64,000 bases of DNA from Bacteroidota bacterium (GCA_041170435.1 JBEAYU010000056.1:12272-76271), one strand, 5' to 3'; shown: positions 9,142 through 19,120, counted from the stretch's first letter. Notes: generated by a model not told the origin, from the letters alone. Program-made: numbers and translations.

Positions 9142-10038
9142 ATGAACAGCACGTCACAACCGGTACCGGCCATTGGAGCCGATGCGCCAGTGTACATCAT
9201 CGCCGAGGTCGGTATCAATCACAATGGCTCGCTTGACATTGCAACCGAAATGATCCAGGGGGCTGCCCGAGCCGGCGCTTCATGTGTGAAGTTCCAGAAG
9301 CGAACTCCCGAACTGTGCGTTCCGCGTGATCAGTGGCACATTGAGCGCGACACGCCATGGGGTCGAATGACCTACATCGACTATCGCCACAAGGTGGAAT
9401 TCACCGAGTCTGATTATCGCGTGATCGATGCATTGTGCCGTGAACTTGGAATTGATTGGACCGTTTCCTGCTGGGATGAAGAAGCGGTGGCCTTCATGGA
9501 GGCAAACTTCGACGTTTCCTTCTACAAGGCTGCGTCGGCATCACTGACCGATCTGAAGCTGCTTCGCGCCATGGCCTCAACCGGCAAGCCTCTGATGATA
9601 TCGACCGGCATGTCAACGATCGACGAGATTGAAGCTGCCGTGTCTGCCCTGAACGGACATCGGCTGATGATCGCCCATGCAACGTCGGCCTATCCGTGCT
9701 CGACGGATGAGCTCAATCTGCGCATGATCCACACGCTTGCACAGCGGTTCCCGGAGAGCACTATTGGCTACAGTGGTCACGAGGTTGGTTTGGCCACCAC
9801 GTACGCAGCCGTTGCTCTCGGCGCCCGATTTGTTGAACGCCACATCACGCTCGATCGGGCAATGTGGGGAACGGATCAGGCCGCAAGTGTTGAGATCGCG
9901 GGTCTTGAGCGCATGGTCCGCGACATCCGCGAGATCGAACGCTCACTCGGTGATGGCGTCAAGCGCTTGTATGATAGTGAGCTCGGTGTTCGCGCTAAGC
10001 TGCGCCGAGTTCCCTCGTCCATCGCAGGAGAAGCCTAA
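9142..10038 (+). CDS. N-acetylneuraminate synthase (NeuB/PseI/LegI) family protein, TIM-barrel only, with no C-terminal SAF domain
   Basis: ORF 9052..10038; likely start at the internal ATG 9142 (MNSTSQ...). IIAEVGINHNGSLD is the hallmark N-terminus of NeuB-family PEP-condensing synthases. The protein ends at ~298 aa, before where the SAF/antifreeze-like domain would sit. Confidence 0.75.
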   Translation: MNSTSQPVPAIGADAPVYIIAEVGINHNGSLDIATEMIQGAARAGASCVKFQKRTPELCVPRDQWHIERDTPWGRMTYIDYRHKVEFTESDYRVIDALCRELGIDWTVSCWDEEAVAFMEANFDVSFYKAASASLTDLKLLRAMASTGKPLMISTGMSTIDEIEAAVSALNGHRLMIAHATSAYPCSTDELNLRMIHTLAQRFPESTIGYSGHEVGLATTYAAVALGARFVERHITLDRAMWGTDQAASVEIAGLERMVRDIREIERSLGDGVKRLYDSELGVRAKLRRVPSSIAGEA

Positions 10039-10041
10039 GCG

Positions 10042-10806
10042 ATGGAGCTAACGCTTGCCACCGTCTGCGCGATCATTGTGATCCTCTCGGGGGCTCTGCT
10101 CATTCTGTTGGAGCGACTGTTCCCGTACAATCGCGGCCAACGTCTGTTTCGTCAAGGGTTCATCACGGATCTCGGTCTGTATGCCATCGTTCAGAGCTAC
10201 CTCCTTGGATTGGTAATCTTTGGCTTCATTGCATGGATCGACCAACAGACCGGAGTGAGCCGCTGGACGTTCTTTCGATCTCAGAACCTGTGGGTGCAAA
10301 TGCTGGTTGTGCTCGTTGTCCACGACTTCTACATCTACTGGTTCCACCGATGGCAGCACAAGAGCCCCCTACTGTGGAGGATCCATGAGGCCCATCACTC
10401 GACGAAAGATGTTGATTGGCTCAGTGGATCGCGGTCGCATAGCCTGGAGATCTTGGTCAACCAGACCGTGGAGTTTCTTCCGATCGTTCTGCTGGCATCA
10501 GCCGAGATCGCGGTCATGAAAGGAGCCGTTGATGCGATCTGGGGCATGTACATCCACTCAAACATCGATGTGCGCTCGGGTTGGATGCAGCGTCTGATCA
10601 ACGGACCGGAAATGCACCGGTGGCATCATGCTGATGACCACCGGTCACACAATCGCAACTTTTCTACGAAGCTCGCCGTCTGGGACTGGCTATTCGGAAC
10701 GGCCTATCTACCGGCTGACGAAAAGCCGGGAGCGTATGGCTTGGACGATGAGTTTCCGAAAGGGTACATTGGACAGCATCTCCATGCGTTCCGACGTCGA
10801 CGCTGA
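10042..10806 (+). CDS. fatty acid hydroxylase / sterol desaturase superfamily integral membrane protein
   Basis: Hydrophobic N-terminal half plus histidine boxes HDFYIYWFHRWQH, HEAHHS and HRWHHADDH (di-iron membrane hydroxylase family, like OlsE/ERG3/CrtZ). Confidence 0.75.
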   Translation: MELTLATVCAIIVILSGALLILLERLFPYNRGQRLFRQGFITDLGLYAIVQSYLLGLVIFGFIAWIDQQTGVSRWTFFRSQNLWVQMLVVLVVHDFYIYWFHRWQHKSPLLWRIHEAHHSTKDVDWLSGSRSHSLEILVNQTVEFLPIVLLASAEIAVMKGAVDAIWGMYIHSNIDVRSGWMQRLINGPEMHRWHHADDHRSHNRNFSTKLAVWDWLFGTAYLPADEKPGAYGLDDEFPKGYIGQHLHAFRRRR

Positions 10807-11575
10807 TCTCCGGATCGTCGAGCTCGACGATGTCGAACAAATCGTCGAAGCTTCCGAACGGGAGCGAATCGATGCCCATCTGGCAGTTGCGCTCGATGTT
10901 GATACCATTCTCGTATCCGACCTTCATCTCGGTTCGGACGTGGCAAGGTCACGGGCTCTAGTCATGATGCTCAAGACACACTCATACAAAAGGCTGGTCC
11001 TAAACGGAGACGTGTTTGACGATTTGAACTTCAAGCGTTTGACGAAGGACGACTGGAAGGTTCTGTCACTTCTTCGTCGTCTGTCGAATCCACGTCGAGG
11101 TATCGAAGTGGTCTGGATCGTTGGAAACCACGACGGGGGAGTGGCGGAGATCTTGACCCATTTACTGGGAGTACCCGTGCATGAGGAGATGGTCTTCACG
11201 GTTGCCGGCAAGAGGCATCTGGCCATCCACGGTCATCAGTTCGATCGCTGGATCACGAAGCATGTGACGATCACAGCGATTGCCTCGGCCTTGTATCTGC
11301 TCTTGCAGCGCCTCGATCCTAAGCATCGAGTGAGTCGGTGGGTGAAGAGAACAAGCAAGAAGTGGCTGAGACTCAGCGATAAGATCGCTCATGACGCGGT
11401 GTCACACGGACGTCGAAATCACAGTGTTCAGTTTGTCCACTGCGGACATACGCACATGCCTACGATCAAGCAGGTTGATGACATGGTATACGTCAATTCT
11501 GGTTGCTGGACTGATAAGCCATCAACATACGTCGTGGTCGATCATCAGGGAGATGTTCAGCTGCATTCCATGTAG
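10784..11575 (+). CDS. LpxH-like calcineurin-type metallophosphoesterase (UDP-2,3-diacylglucosamine hydrolase family)
   Basis: ORF 10628..11575 overlaps the upstream gene; likely start at 10784 (MRSDVD...). Motifs VSDLHLG, NGDVFDD, VGNHDG, HGHQFD and CGHTH match LpxH/MPE metal-binding blocks. Confidence 0.65.
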   Translation: MRSDVDADLRIVELDDVEQIVEASERERIDAHLAVALDVDTILVSDLHLGSDVARSRALVMMLKTHSYKRLVLNGDVFDDLNFKRLTKDDWKVLSLLRRLSNPRRGIEVVWIVGNHDGGVAEILTHLLGVPVHEEMVFTVAGKRHLAIHGHQFDRWITKHVTITAIASALYLLLQRLDPKHRVSRWVKRTSKKWLRLSDKIAHDAVSHGRRNHSVQFVHCGHTHMPTIKQVDDMVYVNSGCWTDKPSTYVVVDHQGDVQLHSM

Positions 11576-11605
11576 AACCGTTTCGTAGCTTCCGCATGGA
11601 ACTGC

Positions 11606-12331
11606 ATGCATCATGACCATTCAACTCGCCCCGTTCTTTTTGATGTCCGACACGTCACGAAATCCTATCGAATGGGTGAGCTCGATGTTGTTGCACTGAA
11701 CGACGTCTCGTTGATGGTCCGTCAAAGCGAGCTCCTTGTGATACTCGGGGCATCGGGCAGCGGTAAGTCGACGCTTCTGAACATCCTCGGAGGCTTGGAC
11801 GTCCCAACGACGGGCACCGTGACGTATCGTGATCAGGATCTTTCGCACGCCACAGACGCGAAGCTGACGGAGTTCCGACGCCGTTCCGTGGGTTTTGTGT
11901 TCCAGTTCTACAACATCATACCGAGTCTGACGGCTCTTGAGAACGTGCGACTCGTGACGGATCTTGTCGACGAGCCTATGGATCCGCGTCAGGCACTGGA
12001 GTTGGTGGGCCTGGCCGATCGAGCATCGCACTTTCCTTCGCAAATGTCAGGGGGCGAACAGCAGCGGGTTGCCATCGCACGTGCCATCGCGAAGCGCCCC
12101 GACGTGCTCTTGTGCGATGAACCCACCGGCGCTTTGGATTTCGAGACCGGAGTCAAGGTCCTCGAAGTGATCGACATGGTTCATCGTGAGCTGGATGCGA
12201 CCGTGGCACTGATCACGCACAACGCGAGCATTGCCGACATGGCCGATCGCGTCCTTCGCATGCGGAGTGGGTCGATCGTCGAGGAGTTCGCCCCGGCGGT
12301 TCGAAAGCAGCCGCGAGAGCTGTCGTGGTGA
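11606..12331 (+). CDS. ABC transporter ATP-binding protein (MacB/LolD/DevA-type)
   Basis: Walker [13 protein letters not shown] signature [14 protein letters not shown], Walker [12 protein letters not shown]. Confidence 0.9.
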   Translation: MHHDHSTRPVLFDVRHVTKSYRMGELDVVALNDVSLMVRQSELLVILGASGSGKSTLLNILGGLDVPTTGTVTYRDQDLSHATDAKLTEFRRRSVGFVFQFYNIIPSLTALENVRLVTDLVDEPMDPRQALELVGLADRASHFPSQMSGGEQQRVAIARAIAKRPDVLLCDEPTGALDFETGVKVLEVIDMVHRELDATVALITHNASIADMADRVLRMRSGSIVEEFAPAVRKQPRELSW

Positions 12332-14694
12332 TTCCGACGCTCACCATCAAGTTGTTCCGAGAGGTCCGCCACATGCGCGGACAAATGATTGCGATTATCC
12401 TTGTGATCGCCGCTGGAATTGCCAACTACGTTGCCTTTCAGAGCACGCACTCATCTCTTGTAATGTCGCAGCAAGCCTACTACGCCGCTTCAAACTTCGG
12501 CGACGTGTGGGTGCAGGTCAGGCGCGCACCCGAGGCACTGCGTCAGCGGATCTCTGCCATTGACGGCGTAACAAGTGTTGACCTGCGGGTTGTGGCCAGT
12601 GTGGTTGTGGACATTCCCGGTCTCATCGAGCCGGCAAGCGGCGTCATTACCAGTGTGCCGGGCCGTGATCAGCCCCCTATCAATCGACTCAGCCTGCGGT
12701 CCGGACGCTGGATAGAGCAGGGTGCGACGGACGAGGTGATCGTTTCCTATGCCTTTGCATCCGCCAATGGGTTTCATGAGGGCGACACCATCAATGCTGT
12801 CATTAACGGACGATGGAAGTCGCTGCGCATCGTGGCCACTGCGTTGTCACCCGAATGGATTTTGGAGCTGGTGCCGGGCTCCATGTTGATCGACAACAAG
12901 CGTTTTGCCGTCATGTGGATGGAGCATGATGCGCTTTCCTCGCTGTATGACATGTCCGGTGCGTGGAACAGCGCGTGTATTGATCTTGCTCCCGGAGCGA
13001 GCGTTTCTTCGACCATCGACCGTCTTGACGCGATGCTGCGTCCACATGGCACCACGGGAGCCATTGCACGTGAAGATCAATTGTCACACAAGTTTCTATC
13101 TGACGAGATACGGCAGCTGTCGCTCACGGCGCTTGTGGTTCCCTTGATCTTTCTCGGTGTTGCGATCTTCCTGTTGAATGTGTCGCTGCTCCGCTTCGTG
13201 ACCACGCAGAGGGCCTACATCGCCATTCTCAAGGCATTTGGATACAGCAATGCTCGAATCTCGCTACACTACGTTGGCTTTGCCGTCGTGGCGGTTGCCG
13301 GCGGTACGGTCCTTGGTCTGGCAGGGGGCCTGTACATCGGTGTCAAGCTCGTACAGATGTATCTCGACTTCTACCGGCTGCCAGTGTTGGAGTTTGACAT
13401 GCCCGTGCTGGTGGTGATCGGGGCGATCATCATGAGTCTTGTTGCGGCATCTCTCGGAGCTATGGCTGCCGTTCGGGCGATCGTGCGACTGCCACCGGCC
13501 GAGGCGATGCGTCCGGAGTCGCCTCGCTCGTATCGCGGAGGGATCCTCGAACGCAGCGGCGTAACGCGGTTCTTTGGTCCGATAACATCGATGATCGTAC
13601 GCAACGTCATGCGTCGTCCGGTCAGAGCCGCCGTGAGCCTGATGACCATTGCCCTTGCCTTGTCGCTCCTGGTGCTCGGACGCTTCTTCATGGAGATGTT
13701 TGGAACCATCATCGACGTTCAGTTCAACTCCGTTGCTCGAGAAGATGCGGCTGTGACGTTTATGACACCGCTTTCGCATGGCGTGGTGCACGATCTAGCC
13801 GCATTGCCGGGAGTGATGGCCGTCGAACCCTTCCGAGCGATCTCTGTCGATTTGATCGCCGGCTCGACGGTCAAGCGAACCGCCGTGACGGCGGGTGTTG
13901 ACATGCCTGACCTGCACCGTGTCACATCCATGAGTGGGCAACCACAACGCGTGCCCTCGCACGGAGTGGCGTGTTCTCAGTACATGGCCGAGTCCATGGG
14001 CATCGGAGTTGGCGATACGATACAGCTGCGGCAGATCGACGATCAACGGCGGACCTTTACAGTCGCGGTCACGGCCGTGATCGATGACATGATGGGTGTC
14101 CAAGTGTATGCATCACACGGTGTGCTCAGAAGTTTACTGCGAGAGCAGGGAAGTATCAGTGGGGCCTTTCTGCAGATCGATCCGGCCAAGCTGCAGGACT
14201 TTTACCGCGCCATCAAGAAGCTCCCATCCATGTCGAGCGTGGTCATGCGTGAGCGAGCAATGCGTAGCTTCGATGAGAGTTACATGCAGTTCATGGACAT
14301 TTCGAATTTCTATATCGTGTTCTTCGCTTCCCTTATTGCCTTTGGCGTGGTGTTCAACAACGCTCGCATTGCACTGAGCGAGCGAGGCAATGAACTTGCG
14401 AGCCTGCGTGTCCTCGGCTTCTCTGTCCGGGAAGTGTCGATGATCCTTCTCGGCGAACAGCTCGTGCTCACACTGGCAGCGCTACCGGTAGGGTTGATAT
14501 GGGGCGTGCTGTGGTCGATGTGGATGCCTTCACTCATCGCCACGGATCTGTTTCGATTTCCGTTTGCCATCAGCATGCGGAATCTCGGTCTCAGTAGCGC
14601 GATGATCCTGACTGTGGCTGCCGTCACGGGGGTGTTCATTCGACGTCGTATTGGGCGATTGGACATGATCGCCGTCTTGAAATCACATGAATGA
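12325..14694 (+). CDS. ABC transporter permease with two FtsX-type domains (MacB/DevC-like, fused double permease)
   Basis: 789 aa. Two hydrophobic FtsX-like blocks (~aa 260-400 and the C-terminal ~140 aa), each preceded by a large soluble domain. The start overlaps the ATPase gene. Confidence 0.75.
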   Translation: MVIPTLTIKLFREVRHMRGQMIAIILVIAAGIANYVAFQSTHSSLVMSQQAYYAASNFGDVWVQVRRAPEALRQRISAIDGVTSVDLRVVASVVVDIPGLIEPASGVITSVPGRDQPPINRLSLRSGRWIEQGATDEVIVSYAFASANGFHEGDTINAVINGRWKSLRIVATALSPEWILELVPGSMLIDNKRFAVMWMEHDALSSLYDMSGAWNSACIDLAPGASVSSTIDRLDAMLRPHGTTGAIAREDQLSHKFLSDEIRQLSLTALVVPLIFLGVAIFLLNVSLLRFVTTQRAYIAILKAFGYSNARISLHYVGFAVVAVAGGTVLGLAGGLYIGVKLVQMYLDFYRLPVLEFDMPVLVVIGAIIMSLVAASLGAMAAVRAIVRLPPAEAMRPESPRSYRGGILERSGVTRFFGPITSMIVRNVMRRPVRAAVSLMTIALALSLLVLGRFFMEMFGTIIDVQFNSVAREDAAVTFMTPLSHGVVHDLAALPGVMAVEPFRAISVDLIAGSTVKRTAVTAGVDMPDLHRVTSMSGQPQRVPSHGVACSQYMAESMGIGVGDTIQLRQIDDQRRTFTVAVTAVIDDMMGVQVYASHGVLRSLLREQGSISGAFLQIDPAKLQDFYRAIKKLPSMSSVVMRERAMRSFDESYMQFMDISNFYIVFFASLIAFGVVFNNARIALSERGNELASLRVLGFSVREVSMILLGEQLVLTLAALPVGLIWGVLWSMWMPSLIATDLFRFPFAISMRNLGLSSAMILTVAAVTGVFIRRRIGRLDMIAVLKSHE

Positions 14695-15851
14695 CCATGA
14701 AGCTTCCTCATCTTCGATACATCGGATGGATCGTCACGGCACTCGTCGTGGTGTCCGTCATCATCTATGCGCTACTACCAACTCCTCTGGACGTGGAGCA
14801 GGTTCGCGTCGTACGACAGCATGTGCAGACGACCATCGAGGCAGATGGAGCGATGCGCGTACGAGATAAGTACATCGTTGCCATGCCTGCCACTGGTGTT
14901 CTTGAGAGGCTCTCGATCGAAGCCGGTGATAGTGTCGTGGCTGGTCAGATCATCGGCACGATGATCCCTCCGGAGATCGATGCGCGCCAGCGGGCCGAGG
15001 CCGAGAACCGTGTTCGCTCAGCTGAGGCCGGTAGCGTCGAGATACGCCAGAGACGTGCTTCGCTGAGCCCCTTGGTAGAACAGGCTCGCAGGCGAGCTGA
15101 GAGGCTAGCGCGTCTTGATCAGGCTGGAGCGGTTTCGAAGGAGCAGGTTGAGAACGCCCGGGATGCTTTTGAGCAGCTTCAGCGTGAGGTAGATGCTCTG
15201 CGCGCACGTGAGCAAGCCATTGGGTATGAGACGCAGGCAGTGCGAAGCATGCTTGCGGCCCGACCCGGGCAGCGTGTTGCCGTGCGTGCCCCAACCACCG
15301 GTATTGTGCTTCGCCGCTACGAGTACTCTGAACGGACCATCCCGGCCGGAACTCCGATCGTAGAGATCGGTGACACATCGAACATGGAGGTTGTGATCGA
15401 TGTATTGAGCGCTGACGCGGTGCGCGTTCGTCCCGGCATGAGGGTTAACCTCGATGGGTGGGGAGGGGGCACACGGATCTTCGGAACGGTTCGACGCATC
15501 GAGCCGTCCGCGCGCACAAAGGTCTCCTCTCTCGGCATCGAGGAGCAGCGCGTGTCTGTCATCGCCGACGTGACCGATCGCCCCTCATCGCTTGGAGATG
15601 GCTACCGCGTCGAGGCGGCGATCGTCCTCTCCGAGGCACGAAATGCTCTCTGTATCCCACTCGGAGCGTTGCTTCGAGACGGCAACCAGTGGTATGTGTT
15701 CGTGGTCTACGCCGGAATTGTCCAACGAAAGGATGTGACCCTTGGCGAACGGAATGCCCTGTTGACCGCCATCACATCGGGCCTCAGTGAGGGTGATCAC
15801 GTCATCATGCACCCGTCGGAGAAGATCCGTCCGGGCGACAACGTTCGCTGA
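14691..15851 (+). CDS. HlyD-family membrane fusion (periplasmic adaptor) protein
   Basis: N-terminal TM helix, long coiled-coil region (EAENRVRSAEAGSVEIRQRR...LQREVDALRAREQ) and a C-terminal beta-barrel region, typical of MacA/DevB. 4-nt overlap with the permease gene. Confidence 0.8.
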   Translation: MTMKLPHLRYIGWIVTALVVVSVIIYALLPTPLDVEQVRVVRQHVQTTIEADGAMRVRDKYIVAMPATGVLERLSIEAGDSVVAGQIIGTMIPPEIDARQRAEAENRVRSAEAGSVEIRQRRASLSPLVEQARRRAERLARLDQAGAVSKEQVENARDAFEQLQREVDALRAREQAIGYETQAVRSMLAARPGQRVAVRAPTTGIVLRRYEYSERTIPAGTPIVEIGDTSNMEVVIDVLSADAVRVRPGMRVNLDGWGGGTRIFGTVRRIEPSARTKVSSLGIEEQRVSVIADVTDRPSSLGDGYRVEAAIVLSEARNALCIPLGALLRDGNQWYVFVVYAGIVQRKDVTLGERNALLTAITSGLSEGDHVIMHPSEKIRPGDNVR

Positions 15852-15859
15852 TCAGCCCC

Positions 15860-18800
15860 TTAGGCTGGGTACGTCGTCGCTCCGCCGGCTCCGTGACAGG
15901 CCTTGAACTTCATGCCGGAACCGCATGGGCACGGTTCGTTACGTCCAACCTTGCGGCCGACATTTCGAACAGTGGCCGTCTGCTGAGCCTCCTGCTGCGC
16001 ATTCGGATCCGATCCAAAGGTTGGCGTCGCACTCGGATGCGAGAACCGCAGTTGACGCGTTGGCGTTGAGGTGGTGACCGAAGGCACAGGAGCAGGGCGG
16101 GGAGCTGCCTGAGCCGCCGGACGTTCCACGACCTGTGGGAAGTACTTAAAGGCGAACGACACCGTAGCCTCATTGATCTGTGTGATCAGCTCGAGGAAGA
16201 TGCGATACGCCTCTTGTTTGTATTCAAGGATAGGGTCTTTCTGTCCGTAAGCTCGGAGGTAGATACCTTCCTTAAGATCATCCATCACCCGAAGGTGTTC
16301 TCTCCATTCGTCGTCCACGGCACGTAAGGCGGCAACGCGCTCGAGCTGCGCCATGAACTCCGGTCCGAGCATGGATTCTTTGCGGTCGTAGAATTCGATA
16401 ACGGATTCCCTGACCCGCTCCAGCACCTCACTCTTCGGTTCCGACGCAAATGCCTCTGCCGAGACGTTGGGTTCGCAGAGCATCTTAGCGCGGATGGTGT
16501 TCATGAATGCGGTGTGATCGCCCGACGGGTGATGTTCATCGTACCAGAGCTCGCACAGCTCCGATGCGTATTCGATCATCTCGCTACGCAGACGCTCTCC
16601 CATAAGCGCGTGGCGACGTCGATCATAGATCACCTCGCGCTGTTGATTCATCACGTTGTCGTATTCCAGCAGGCGTTTACGAATGCCGAAGTTGTTTCCT
16701 TCGACTTTTTTCTGTGCATTCTCAACGGCCTTGGTCACGATGCCGCTCTCGATCGGTTCGCCCTCCGGAACCTTCATGCGCTGCATTGCTGATGACAACC
16801 GCTCGCCACCGAACAGACGCATCAGATCGTCCTCGAGCGAGATGAAGAACTGCGACGAGCCCGGGTCTCCCTGACGTCCCGCACGGCCGCGCAGCTGACG
16901 GTCGATGCGCCGCGCCTCGTGGCGCTCCGTACCGATGATGGCAAGGCCCCCTGCCGCTTTCACGTCTGGATCCAGCTTGATGTCTGTACCGCGGCCTGCC
17001 ATGTTCGTTGCGATCATGACGGCACCCTTCTTCCCGGCATTGGCCACGATCTCAGCCTCGCGCTGATGCTGCTTGGCATTCAGGACATTGTGGTTGACGT
17101 TGGCGCGCTTGAGCATCTTCGACAGAAGTTCGGAGACTTCGACGCTGGTCGTGCCGACAAGTACGGCGCGGCCGGCTTTGAGCTCCCGTTGGACAGCCTC
17201 AACGACGGCGTTGTACTTCTCGCGCTTGGTGCGGAAGATCAGATCATTCATGTCCTTGCGCTGTACCGGACGATTCGTCGGGATCGCTACCACGTCGAGA
17301 CTGTAGATCTGCCAGAACTCGGCAGCCTCGGTCTCGGCCGTACCGGTCATTCCGGCGAGCTTGTGGTACAGTCGAAAGTAGTTCTGAAGCGTGACCGTGG
17401 CGAACGTCTGCGTGTCCTGTTCAACGAACACGCCTTCCTTTGCTTCAATGGCCTGATGAAGTCCGTCAGAGTAGCGTCGCCCTTCGAGGATGCGGCCCGT
17501 GAACTCATCGACGATCTTGATCTTCCCATCCTGGACGACGTATTCGTCGTCGCGGACATACAGCGTGTATGCCCGCAGAAGTTGATTGACGATGTGGATG
17601 CGGTCCGAACGATCCGAGAACACGCGCATGAGCTCGTCACGCTTCGTCGTCTTTTCTTCCGGACTTATGCTTGCGTCTCCTTCGAGGGCGCTCATCTGAG
17701 CGGCAATGTCCGGAATCACAAACATCTCCGGGTCTTCCTGTGCCGATGTCAGCAGGTCGCGCCCCTTTTCCGAGATGTCGATCGAGTGGTTCTTCTCGTC
17801 AACGGTAAAGAAGAGCTCCTTGTCGATGATGTGCATGCGCTGACCTTGATCGCGCAGGTGATCAAGTTCCGCATCACGCAGCAGCTTCATCGCATCAGGC
17901 TCCTGCAGCAGCTTCATGAGTTTGCTCTGCTTTGGCATGCCTCGATGAGCCCGCAGAAGAAGAACGCCGGCATTGGTCCTATCCTCCTTGTAGCCTGTTG
18001 CGAGGAGCTTTTCAGCCTCTGCAACGATGCCGTTGACGTATCTGGCCTGTGCATCAACCAGACGCTGAATACGGGGCTTCATCTCGACGAAGGCCGTTTC
18101 TGTGCTACCGGCCGTGACCGGGCCAGAGATGATAAGGGGCGTTCGGGCTTCGTCGATCAGAACCGAGTCGACTTCATCGACCATGGCAAACCAGTGTCCC
18201 CGCTGCACCATGTCCGCTGGCTCGGTCACCATGTTATCACGCAGATAATCGAAGCCAAACTCGTTGTTCGTGCCCCACGTGATATCGGCAGCGTATTGCG
18301 CCTTACGTTCGTCCGGCCGCATATCTGACTGGATGCACCCGGTTGTCACTCCCAAGAGATCGAAGATGGGTCGCATCCACTCGCGGTCACGTCGGGCCAG
18401 ATAATCGTTCACCGTCACCAGATGCACACCGCGTCCTGCGATGGCATTGAGATACATCGGCAACGTGGAGACGAGTGTTTTACCCTCACCCGTGCCCATC
18501 TCGGCGATCTTTCCTTGGTGGAGGACGATGCCGCCGATGAGCTGGACGTCATAGGGTACCATATCCCAGGTCTGCTCATTGCCCACGACGAGATACTTGT
18601 GTCCGACGAGTCGACGTCCGGCCTCTTTGACAACGGCAAACGCCTCCGGGAGAATCTCATTGAGTGCCTCTTGCGTGGCCTCAAACTGCTCTCGCTCGTT
18701 GGCATTGAGTCGTGCGTAGAGGTCGGAACGCTCTGTGTGATCCATCTCCAGATCCGTGCGAAGCCGCTCGCGGATCTCTTCTGCCTCGGCTCGAAGGTCT

Positions 18801-19009
18801 GCCACGGCCTCGATGACTCTCTCGCGGAACTGGCGAGTCTTGTCACGCAGTTCGTCGTTGCTGAGCGCGGCAAGCCCAGAAAAATGTTCGTTGATCTGAG
18901 CCACAAGGGGCTGGAGCTGCTTGACGTCCTTCTCGTGCTTTGAACCGCCGACAAGTGACTGCAGAAACTTTAGCATGACATGGTTGCGTTTGTTGACAGA
19001 TTGGCCCAA
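15860..19009 (-). CDS. secA: preprotein translocase ATPase SecA
   Basis: 1049 aa. DEAD-like motor motifs (MGTGEGKTLV, IDEVDSVLIDEARTPLIISG), the SecA scaffold/wing and a C-terminal zinc-binding tail CPCGSGMKFKACHG. Confidence 0.95.
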   Translation of the reverse strand: MGQSVNKRNHVMLKFLQSLVGGSKHEKDVKQLQPLVAQINEHFSGLAALSNDELRDKTRQFRERVIEAVADLRAEAEEIRERLRTDLEMDHTERSDLYARLNANEREQFEATQEALNEILPEAFAVVKEAGRRLVGHKYLVVGNEQTWDMVPYDVQLIGGIVLHQGKIAEMGTGEGKTLVSTLPMYLNAIAGRGVHLVTVNDYLARRDREWMRPIFDLLGVTTGCIQSDMRPDERKAQYAADITWGTNNEFGFDYLRDNMVTEPADMVQRGHWFAMVDEVDSVLIDEARTPLIISGPVTAGSTETAFVEMKPRIQRLVDAQARYVNGIVAEAEKLLATGYKEDRTNAGVLLLRAHRGMPKQSKLMKLLQEPDAMKLLRDAELDHLRDQGQRMHIIDKELFFTVDEKNHSIDISEKGRDLLTSAQEDPEMFVIPDIAAQMSALEGDASISPEEKTTKRDELMRVFSDRSDRIHIVNQLLRAYTLYVRDDEYVVQDGKIKIVDEFTGRILEGRRYSDGLHQAIEAKEGVFVEQDTQTFATVTLQNYFRLYHKLAGMTGTAETEAAEFWQIYSLDVVAIPTNRPVQRKDMNDLIFRTKREKYNAVVEAVQRELKAGRAVLVGTTSVEVSELLSKMLKRANVNHNVLNAKQHQREAEIVANAGKKGAVMIATNMAGRGTDIKLDPDVKAAGGLAIIGTERHEARRIDRQLRGRAGRQGDPGSSQFFISLEDDLMRLFGGERLSSAMQRMKVPEGEPIESGIVTKAVENAQKKVEGNNFGIRKRLLEYDNVMNQQREVIYDRRRHALMGERLRSEMIEYASELCELWYDEHHPSGDHTAFMNTIRAKMLCEPNVSAEAFASEPKSEVLERVRESVIEFYDRKESMLGPEFMAQLERVAALRAVDDEWREHLRVMDDLKEGIYLRAYGQKDPILEYKQEAYRIFLELITQINEATVSFAFKYFPQVVERPAAQAAPRPAPVPSVTTSTPTRQLRFSHPSATPTFGSDPNAQQEAQQTATVRNVGRKVGRNEPCPCGSGMKFKACHGAGGATTYPA

Positions 19010-19120
19010 GACGTCTCACGAGCGATCATCGTGCGCTTGCGTCCGGCCCGAACGGCAAAATTACTCGTTATTTTCACGGCTCGGACCAGAGAACTTGTTG
19101 TGAACGCCACCCACTGGACA

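Noticed and set aside
16919-18328. 469-aa + strand ORF inside secA
   Set aside because: Entirely antisense to secA, whose identity is certain. Low-complexity L/R/D-rich translation typical of GC-rich antisense frames.
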